From assembly GCA_048882505.1 (NCBI GenBank), contig JBHLRO010000014.1, positions 66,154 through 98,153 of the forward strand: a stretch of 32,000 nt of DNA. The letters are read 5' to 3'. This document shows, piece after piece, positions 1 to 6,441 of the stretch. The position numbers and the translations under genes were made by a program. Source of the stretch: Candidatus Thorarchaeota archaeon (GTDB taxonomy: Archaea; Asgardarchaeota; Heimdallarchaeia; Hodarchaeales; Hodarchaeaceae). The notes under the pieces were generated by a model, which was given only the letters and a program-made list of their open reading frames with translations, ran no database searches and was not told the DNA's origin. The first letter of the stretch is position 1; every line of letters starts with the position of its first letter.

Positions 1-1
1 G

Positions 2-1030
2 ATCCCCCATGGTACTCAAGAAATCAAGAATCTTCACATCCGCAGGAGTAAGTTTGAAGGATTGATGCTGTACAGCCAGTGGACAATTAAATCGTGGGGA
101 GGGACTGGTGATCTTGACCTGAGGCTCGCCATAGATTAGGGAAGGTGGTATTTGCCACGGATCCTCACCTCCTACCAGGCCCGATAAATTCCAGTTTATA
201 ACCCTTTGATTCACAGGGTAGACCAAACTGTCGGGCAGTTGCTCCTGTATCGTGTGCAGGATTTGTGTTTCTTTGAACGGGATCTGTACAAGACTGAAGG
301 TTCCAACTGACATGTTCGCGTTCATGAGCAAGACATCAAGAAACCTCTCGGGAAAACCACCCGTATGGACGATCAGAGAGGTCTCATATCCCAACTGTCC
401 CATGTCCAGCACGTGTTGCACGGCAACCATATCTAGCAGTCTAAGCCTTTTAATTCGGCGAGAAATCGTCTTGATCGATCTTTTCTCAAGACCAATATAG
501 TCTCTATATGGATAGAAATCCATGAATAGGTTGTTTGGATCCCGTTCAAGTTGGAGGTTAGCCCGAAGAAGGGCGATATCTATTTTGTCTAAAGGGACGA
601 TAAAATTGGTGAGGACGGGGAGAAGATGCTCAAAAATGACTTCTTTCCTCCCTGGAATCCTTTTAGTATATATACCTTGGAGAATTACATGAATGACGCT
701 TTTGGGGTGACAGCAAACTTCGTAGGTGATGAGTTGCAATGGCATCATGTACCCGCCTCTATCTTTCCAACGAAGATGAATAGAGGCGTGCGTTTTTAAC
801 CACGGTTCAACCAATCGCAGAGAGGGGTCATGTTTGAATTTTTCATAAAACGGAAGCACATCATCCACGAGGATGCGTCTTGAGATTCGGAGAACATCAT
901 CCAAGCTAGTTTCCTTGGCCAGGTCGTGGATTTTAATCCAGATTCGTAAGAAATGCTCAACATACGGTTCAAGCTTGTACTCCTGAGGGTTGTGGAGGAC
1001 AGATTTAATCTGAGAACTGGGAAGTGTCAT
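2..1030 (-). CDS. Tandem Lrp/AsnC-like wHTH regulator, paralog P1 (3' end runs off the window start)
   Basis: Not in the ORF track. Manual translation from ATG 1030 gives MTLPSSQIKSVLHNPQEYKLEPYVEHFLRIW...VPLDKIDIALL...LDMGQLGYETSLIVH...INWNLSGLVGGEDPWQIPPSLIYGEP...LTPADVKILDFLSTMGD, open to the edge and sharing motifs with 3118-4563, 6438-7943 and 7895-9358. Confidence 0.9.
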   Translation of the reverse strand, partial: MTLPSSQIKSVLHNPQEYKLEPYVEHFLRIWIKIHDLAKETSLDDVLRISRRILVDDVLPFYEKFKHDPSLRLVEPWLKTHASIHLRWKDRGGYMMPLQLITYEVCCHPKSVIHVILQGIYTKRIPGRKEVIFEHLLPVLTNFIVPLDKIDIALLRANLQLERDPNNLFMDFYPYRDYIGLEKRSIKTISRRIKRLRLLDMVAVQHVLDMGQLGYETSLIVHTGGFPERFLDVLLMNANMSVGTFSLVQIPFKETQILHTIQEQLPDSLVYPVNQRVINWNLSGLVGGEDPWQIPPSLIYGEPQVKITSPSPRFNCPLAVQHQSFKLTPADVKILDFLSTMGD

Positions 1031-1045
1031 GATTCACGAGGAAGA

Positions 1046-1078
1046 GGAAAAGGGTTTTATAAAGAGCTCTAGAACCAT
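1046..1078 (-). promoter_or_regulatory. Archaeal promoter (TATA box TTTATAAA 1056-1063 plus conserved upstream element) for P1
   Basis: TATA box lies 26 nt upstream of ATG 1030, consistent with a leaderless transcript. The block is 29/33 identical to 2455-2487. Confidence 0.75.
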
Positions 1079-1117
1079 GGGATTATTTTATGCCCAAGAA
1101 ATATCCGTGATGGATGG

Positions 1118-2329
1118 TCATACCTGGTCTGTGAGTATTCCTCGTAGTAGCATGCGCCGTTTGAGCACGTTTCGTCTGTGTTTCAATGATAATTGGAATG
1201 GTAAACGCGAGTTTCCTTTCGTCTCCTGGTATTGCTGCGCCAGAATGGCGTAGGCAAGGACTTCGAGATTGGCCTTTTTGATGGTTCTAAAGTACGGATG
1301 TCGCGCGAGCAGATCCACCATCGAATAGGCTCCAGTCTGAATTCTCTTTGTCTCACTCGTGGATAAAGGAAGACTAAAGTGTTTGCTCAGATGTCTGATC
1401 TGTGCCTTAAGACTCTTCACCTTCTGCGCCCGCTTCCTTTTCCACCCTACCTCCTTTTGAGCGGCGTTTTTTCTATCACTTGATGATCTCAGGAGATTGG
1501 ACAAATGCCGGCGTACTGTGTGACGACTGGCTCCAAGATGATCCGCAATCTCCTGCAAGGTCATTTGCGTGTAATTGGCCTCCAGGAAATCCCTATCCTC
1601 TTTTCGCCACTTCTTCCTCCGGCCCGACCGTTGTGGAATCGCCCCATCCTCCTCCTGCGTCTCCCCTTTTTCCTCTTTCTGTGTGATCCTATGCAGGTCT
1701 TGCAATCGGGCTTGATAATATACGGCTTCTGATGAACGATCCAATTTCACCGCGATTTTCTCGATGGTGTCAGCATCGTTGCGATAGTTCATTTCCAAGT
1801 AGTTCAGGTCAGCGGAAGACCACCGCGGTTTTAAATCGCGGATTTTGAGGGCGAGTCTTTTCATTTTCTTATAGACTGACGTATCTGGACGATTGAGTGC
1901 CTTTGCCATCTCTGGGATACTCATGTGCTTACTCTTGTCTTTAAGAAAACGGATTTCCTCATCGGTCCATTCTTTCCGTAGGGATTTTCCTTCGGTCAAT
2001 TGCAATTGCGTCAGCTTCGTTCGGATTGAGACATACGGGCGGTGAAGAGCTTTTGCAATTTCAGAACTGGTCATCTGTTGATAGTTTTCTCTTAGAAACT
2101 GGATTTCTCCGGGACTCCATGCTTTACCTTTTCGCCTCCTTTTCTCTGCGGCTAATCCAAGTCTCTGTAACTTTCTGGAAACGGCAGCTGAGGAACGGTT
2201 CAGGGCACTAGCTAGTTCGAAAATGGGCATTGCCCGGCTGTTTTCTTTTAGAAAAGCGACCTCGGACCGTGACCATGCTGTCATTCCAAATCGGGCCTCT
2301 GGTATGTCTTTTGGAGGCCAATGCCCCAT
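1118..2329 (-). CDS. Myb/SANT-like repeat DNA-binding protein (5 repeats) with helical C-terminal domain
   Basis: Five W[ST]xxExxFLxxN...EIAxxLxR..SVxxKxxxLxL repeats, beginning WSRSE, WSPGE, WTDEE, WSSAD and WRKED. Confidence 0.8.
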   Translation of the reverse strand: MGHWPPKDIPEARFGMTAWSRSEVAFLKENSRAMPIFELASALNRSSAAVSRKLQRLGLAAEKRRRKGKAWSPGEIQFLRENYQQMTSSEIAKALHRPYVSIRTKLTQLQLTEGKSLRKEWTDEEIRFLKDKSKHMSIPEMAKALNRPDTSVYKKMKRLALKIRDLKPRWSSADLNYLEMNYRNDADTIEKIAVKLDRSSEAVYYQARLQDLHRITQKEEKGETQEEDGAIPQRSGRRKKWRKEDRDFLEANYTQMTLQEIADHLGASRHTVRRHLSNLLRSSSDRKNAAQKEVGWKRKRAQKVKSLKAQIRHLSKHFSLPLSTSETKRIQTGAYSMVDLLARHPYFRTIKKANLEVLAYAILAQQYQETKGNSRLPFQLSLKHRRNVLKRRMLLRGILTDQV

Positions 2330-2439
2330 TTGAAATGATCCCTGGCTGTGGTAATCTTCCAGTGAAACTTCATGTTGTCGAGCTTGTATTCTTGAGGTCT
2401 CTGGAATATTGATTCAATTTGAATTCTGGAAAGTGTCAT
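2281..2439 (-). pseudogene. N-terminal relic of a tandem-wHTH paralog (52-aa ORF)
   Basis: MTLSRIQIESIFQRPQEYKLD matches the P1 N-terminus MTLPSSQIKSVLHNPQEYKLE at 12/21 residues, then similarity ends. It has the same promoter at the same spacing. Confidence 0.75.
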
Positions 2440-2454
2440 TGGTCAACTGAAAAT

Positions 2455-2487
2455 GGAAAATGATTTTATAAAGAGTTCTAGAATCAT
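2455..2487 (-). promoter_or_regulatory. Second copy of the P1-type promoter (TATA TTTATAAA 2465-2472)
   Basis: 29/33 identical to 1046-1078; TATA box is 26 nt upstream of ATG 2439. Confidence 0.75.
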
Positions 2488-2789
2488 TAACATCCTATTC
2501 CTCTCATCAAAACAGAACACACCCAAAATCATGGTTAACCCCTCTTCGTCTTAAAGCGAGAATGTCCAAGGAGACGGGCAAAATTTTTACAGCCTGCTAT
2601 CTCAGAGTGATAACTTGGCTCACCGTATCACAAGTCCCAGGACATACCCCCAGCTGAACTTTAATCGATCGGTGGGGCTGCGGACTGGGAGGAGTTTCGC
2701 CCGTCACACCTAAAGGATCCTCCAACACAAGGGGATCACTGACTAGATGATTTGAGGCGAAGATTAGCCCATATAGGAAAATTTGTGTG

Positions 2790-2803
2790 CCAAAAGCTTT
2801 TGG
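2790..2803. repeat. Perfect 14-bp palindrome CCAAAAGCTTTTGG just downstream of the small peptide gene
   Basis: Read directly, 6 nt after the stop at 2810 on the minus strand. Could be a terminator or a binding site. Confidence 0.5.
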
Positions 2804-2809
2804 AAAACC

Positions 2810-3004
2810 CTAATCAGCCATGGGAGGATTCGGTCCAGAGCCATTACCGCTGGCTGTGCCAACGGACAGGAAGAGTAAGACCAGCATTATTACCCAGGGT
2901 AATAGTTTCCAGAAAGCAATGCCTACATCGGGTGTTCTGTCTCGAAGTCTAAGTTTCTCTTTCATCATTTTCACCATTTTCAGTCTACTAGTGCGTCGTA
3001 ACAT
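2810..3004 (-). CDS. Small secreted or membrane peptide precursor (GPxPP family, copy 1)
   Basis: Basic N-region, hydrophobic LLPWVIMLVLLFLSV segment, then GTASG-NGSGPNPPMAD-stop. Resembles the ORF at 15731-15856. Start could be any of several ATGs. Confidence 0.6.
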   Translation of the reverse strand: MLRRTSRLKMVKMMKEKLRLRDRTPDVGIAFWKLLPWVIMLVLLFLSVGTASGNGSGPNPPMAD

Positions 3005-3049
3005 ATGCGGAGAGATTCTCTAGGTCTTTTATGCGGAGAAATTCTCTAG
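3004..3049. repeat. Two direct repeats TATGCGGAGA(G/A)ATTCTCTAG, period 26 bp, each with an internal GAGA..TCTC palindrome; candidate operators
   Basis: 3004-3023 and 3030-3049 match at 19/20 nt and lie between divergent genes. Confidence 0.75.
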
Positions 3050-3082
3050 CCGCAAGTACAGCAGGGATATGAAATAACAAAG

Positions 3083-3109
3083 TTTAAATGTTTTGGAGAT
3101 CTCCTCTAG
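3083..3109 (+). promoter_or_regulatory. TATA-like TTTAAA (3083-3088) followed by the palindrome GGAGATCTCC (3095-3104)
   Basis: About 30 nt upstream of ATG 3118, which is therefore the preferred start of P2. Confidence 0.5.
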
Positions 3110-3117
3110 TGTTAAGC

Positions 3118-4563
3118 ATGTCTCCTTCCTCCCTTTTAACCGCATACTTGGAAAATAACCGACAAAAACAGGCTGGAGACTCGTCTACTCAGTTTATGCA
3201 AGAATGTCTTCTGGTTTGGGATTACATCCATGAAAAAGCACCTGAACTTTCGGTGTCCGATATCAAATCATTCTCACGATCGATCTATAAGACGTTGACG
3301 CTGCCGCTCTATGAGAAATTTTCCGCTCTAGATTTTTTGGAGAAACAGGAGGGATGGGTTAAAGAGTACGCCAGCTTGACGATCAATTGGGCTGACAGGG
3401 GTCGGATCATTTTCCCCCTCCGCTTGATTACTTATGAAGTGGTCAACCACCACAAACGCATCTTTGAGTTTTTCTTGCAAAAACTGCGAACAGGGGAGAT
3501 GGAGGCCACCGCCCAGAATTTATTTGAGTTCCTGTTTCCTAAATTGTTAAATATTCCCATCCCTCTGACCAATACGGATCTACTTATTCTCAAGGCTCTT
3601 CAACCGTTACAGGATCGAACTGTGGACTATTTAAAGGGCGTTCCAAATGAAGAACTCGCTGACTATTCAGGCAAATCCTTTCGGAACATTGTTCGACGCG
3701 TAGAATCCCTACGTTTCTGCCAGATTCATGTTCCCATCCATTTCTTGGATCTCGCGCAGCTAGGATATGAAACCTTCCTATTGTCCCACGATAGTCCTAT
3801 TCCTGCACAGCTTGCGGACTATACCCTGATGTCCACCGACCTTATGATTAGTACTTTTTCCATTGTGCAGATCCCAATTAAAAATAAGAAAATCTTCGTG
3901 GAATTTCAAGACCGACTCCAGCCCACCATCTTTCAACCGATGGCGGATCGGGCACTAAACTGGAATCTCACGGGATTACGAGCCGGAGACGACGGGTGGG
4001 AAGTCCCTCCGTCCTTCATCTATTGTGATCCCACCATAGATCTTACTGTACCATCGCCAGCGCTTGGTATGTCTGTATTACCGGAACTGGAGCGGTTTCG
4101 CTCGCTGACTGCCGCAGACATCAAAATACTGGAATTCTTGACCACAATGGGGAGTTTTACCACGAAGAAAAGGTTAAGTGACGCGGTCAAGGTCTCAACC
4201 AAAGAGGTCACCCAGCGTGTAACGGAGTACCAGTCCGAACGTCTGCTCCAGAAAGTCTACCAGTTCTATAACATCGGACTGGATCTAACCGTCTTCTTCT
4301 TCATTGCCAGCCCTCAGGATGTTGGAATTTCGTGGCTGAATCATTTTCTGACCTTTCCGAAAATGGACGTTTTTTCCAACACAGAGCCACCTACCTCATT
4401 CTATTTTGGGCATCTCAAACTTCCGCCGAAATGGTATAAAGATTTTACTCGAAAACTCAAACAGATCAAGCAGAAGTTTCCTACGGTCAAAATTTATTAT
4501 TCAGTGGAACCACCTCTAATGGCTAAGTGGAACCTGTCCCTGAAACAGACCTATGTGTCATAA
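3118..4563 (+). CDS. Tandem Lrp/AsnC-like wHTH regulator, paralog P2
   Basis: Two HTH-like segments (TNTDLLILKAL...EELADYSGKSFRNIVRRVESL...LDLAQLGY; TAADIKILEFL...KRLSDAVKVSTKEVTQRVTEY...NIGLD), each followed by an alpha/beta segment. The ORF track starts it at 3088. Confidence 0.85.
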   Translation: MSPSSLLTAYLENNRQKQAGDSSTQFMQECLLVWDYIHEKAPELSVSDIKSFSRSIYKTLTLPLYEKFSALDFLEKQEGWVKEYASLTINWADRGRIIFPLRLITYEVVNHHKRIFEFFLQKLRTGEMEATAQNLFEFLFPKLLNIPIPLTNTDLLILKALQPLQDRTVDYLKGVPNEELADYSGKSFRNIVRRVESLRFCQIHVPIHFLDLAQLGYETFLLSHDSPIPAQLADYTLMSTDLMISTFSIVQIPIKNKKIFVEFQDRLQPTIFQPMADRALNWNLTGLRAGDDGWEVPPSFIYCDPTIDLTVPSPALGMSVLPELERFRSLTAADIKILEFLTTMGSFTTKKRLSDAVKVSTKEVTQRVTEYQSERLLQKVYQFYNIGLDLTVFFFIASPQDVGISWLNHFLTFPKMDVFSNTEPPTSFYFGHLKLPPKWYKDFTRKLKQIKQKFPTVKIYYSVEPPLMAKWNLSLKQTYVS

Positions 4564-4831
4564 TGGAAACCAACTCCTCCATTTTGACGGACAAGCCACA
4601 CCCATCCACCACACTTGCCCACACTGTGCGCGGGCACCAGTGAAGTCGTTTTTTTTTGACCAAGATCTTAGCATCCTCTGGTTTCGAGGGTATTTGGAAG
4701 GAGGTATCGCAACTTTTTGCCATGATCGGGCAATTTTTGGCATGATTTCGAACCTTCGTGTTTTATTGTTGGAAAGTACCTGGAGGGGACTGACGAAGTT
4801 AGTTACTTGTCAGAGAAGGATATACTCGTGA
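4553..4831 (+). CDS. Small hypothetical protein with a CPHC motif
   Basis: Fills the gap between co-oriented genes with short overlaps at both ends; one CxxC only. Confidence 0.4.
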   Translation: MCHNGNQLLHFDGQATPIHHTCPHCARAPVKSFFFDQDLSILWFRGYLEGGIATFCHDRAIFGMISNLRVLLLESTWRGLTKLVTCQRRIYS

Positions 4832-5112
4832 CTCTCCTTACAAAGCAATTTGGGGTTACATATCCCTTAGAACACGTTTTTCAACTGATTTATCTTAGTG
4901 CGAACCTCTTTTCCTCATTTGAGGTGCAAGATGCCCTGGCTGAATTAAAATTGCAGGATCCTCATCGATATTCTCCCGAGGAGCACAAGATCGTGCTCCG
5001 TTACTTCCTGGATCTCATCGAGAATCTGACGGCTGAACGCCTCAATCTCATCCAAAATCCCACGGACGACCAATGCTATGTACTCGTCGGTTTCGCGGCA
5101 GGAGGCCCCTGA
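4807..5112 (+). CDS. Hypothetical protein, possible winged-helix fold
   Basis: Helical pattern ending in a beta-hairpin-like LNLIQNPTDDQCYVLVG; its TGA overlaps the next ATG (TGATG). Confidence 0.6.
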   Translation: MSEKDILVTLLTKQFGVTYPLEHVFQLIYLSANLFSSFEVQDALAELKLQDPHRYSPEEHKIVLRYFLDLIENLTAERLNLIQNPTDDQCYVLVGFAAGGP

Positions 5113-5543
5113 TGGTGTATGTCACCCCCCGTTTCATGGAGACCCGAAAAATGACCCGGCTAAAACAAGTTGTGCGAACCGAAGAGGACATTCAGTCAGG
5201 GCAGATGACCCAGCTGGCCGACCGGGTACTCATCCTCTTGTCCTTCAAGGACGCACCAGTCCAGAACTTATCGTTCATCCTCAAGGCGCTGGGCATCCAG
5301 ACGGTGGAAGAAAAATCCCAGATCTTACACGAAATTTTCGGTTTGATCCGCCAAGGGATCATCTACGTGCCCGACACCGGTTTGCCGGAGCTGATCCAGA
5401 ACCGCCTCATAGATGCGCAGTCCTTAGATAAGATTGATTTACGTCTGCTCCAACCTTACGATAAGATCATCGAGGAAATCCAACGACAGGTCAGACTCGC
5501 ACGGGAAAAACACGACGCAGTTGAAGCGAACCACCATGTCTAG
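5112..5543 (+). CDS. Hypothetical protein, possible winged-helix fold
   Basis: ATG 5112 is coupled to the upstream stop. LADRVLILLSF...LSFILKAL...ILHEIFGLIRQGIIYV follows a wHTH-like pattern. Confidence 0.65.
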   Translation: MVYVTPRFMETRKMTRLKQVVRTEEDIQSGQMTQLADRVLILLSFKDAPVQNLSFILKALGIQTVEEKSQILHEIFGLIRQGIIYVPDTGLPELIQNRLIDAQSLDKIDLRLLQPYDKIIEEIQRQVRLAREKHDAVEANHHV

Positions 5544-5853
5544 TAACACCTCTCATTCTAGTCCACGGGGCACGGTCGCCCAAATCCTGAGGCTCTTAAG
5601 CGCTCTACGCGACGGGGCCGCCGTGACCGTCCAGGAACTGAAGGCCTCCATCAATCACAACCTTTCCTGGAGCCTCTTCCTCTGTGGCCTGGCCTACTTG
5701 AGTGAGATCAGGGCCATTCAGATTTCCGACGCGGGCATGGTGGCTCGACTTTCCACTGCCCCCATCACCATCCCTCTCGATATTGAGACCCGTCTCCAGG
5801 AAATCGTCCGAAAATATGATGTCACCCAAAACCAAGCATATCGTGTGATCTAA
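5536..5853 (+). CDS. Hypothetical protein, possible winged-helix fold
   Basis: ATG 5536 overlaps the upstream stop. AQILRLLSALRDGAAVTVQELKASI...LCGLAYLSEIRAIQIS follows a wHTH-like pattern. Confidence 0.6.
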   Translation: MSSNTSHSSPRGTVAQILRLLSALRDGAAVTVQELKASINHNLSWSLFLCGLAYLSEIRAIQISDAGMVARLSTAPITIPLDIETRLQEIVRKYDVTQNQAYRVI

Positions 5854-5858
5854 ATGGT

Positions 5859-6338
5859 GTGTGTACCCTTATGGTATATCATAGAACGAAAAGTTTTTCG
5901 ATGGTAGAATCCTTGTTTCCCGTCCCCGATACCCCTACCGAAACTGTGAATTGTGATCTGCTGATCGTGGAGGATAACGTGGATCTGCAAGAATATTATC
6001 ACATTCTCTTTGGCATGACCCCGTGGAACATTGTCGCGCTCCTTGCCGATGGACTGGAAGCGATCAGCTATTACAAGGATCTCTACCCCAAACCCTCGGT
6101 CATTCTCTTAGATATCGACCTGCCAGGCTGCTCAGGGCTTCAGGTCGCTGAACACATCCTGCAAGCCCACCCCGCCCAGAAAATTGTCTTTGTGAGCGGG
6201 GTGCGTCGCGATCTCGTCATCCCTACGGCCCTCCAGGGTATCCCGTGGATTGACAAACCTTTCCGGATAGATGATTTGCTTGACACCCTTGAGACATTAC
6301 GCGGTCAAGAGACTCCCGAACCTCCAAGGGATGGGTAG
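5859..6338 (+). CDS. Stand-alone CheY-like response regulator receiver
   Basis: LLIVEDN acidic pocket, VILLDIDLP phospho-acceptor Asp, FVSG switch residue, KPF motif. True start may be ATG 5871 or 5901. Confidence 0.9.
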   Translation: MCTLMVYHRTKSFSMVESLFPVPDTPTETVNCDLLIVEDNVDLQEYYHILFGMTPWNIVALLADGLEAISYYKDLYPKPSVILLDIDLPGCSGLQVAEHILQAHPAQKIVFVSGVRRDLVIPTALQGIPWIDKPFRIDDLLDTLETLRGQETPEPPRDG

Positions 6339-6441
6339 GTGGTCCGGGGGGATACCCCGCCTGTAGTGATCGACGGTCATAGTGATATCCCAGTAGAATT
6401 TCATGTTGCAGAAGAGTGACCAGGGAGGGGGGATCCGTCAG
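6332..6441 (-). pseudogene. Internally deleted relic of a further tandem-wHTH paralog
   Basis: N-terminal LTDPPSLVTLL (compare P3 LTDLPSLATLL) is joined directly to C-terminal MKFYWDITMTVDHYRRGIP/TTYP (compare P3 MRFYWKIYTPVDRANWGIPLSTTYP), with frameshifts. Confidence 0.8.

Noticed and set aside
252-500. Plus-strand 82-aa ORF, and similar short ORFs antisense to P1-P4, the Myb genes and the caspase block
   Set aside because: They are shadows of longer, motif-supported genes on the opposite strand or in another frame.
2562-2657. 31-aa ORF ending VPGHTPS, considered as a third peptide precursor
   Set aside because: No clear hydrophobic region, RBS or GPxPP motif.
3004-3049. Possible mini-CRISPR array
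   Set aside because: Only two 20-bp units with a 6-nt spacer and no cas genes.
6315-6338. Receiver C-terminus PEPPRDG resembles the peptide ending PIPPRTG
   Set aside because: Low-complexity Pro-rich tail abutting the antisense relic; chance similarity is likely.
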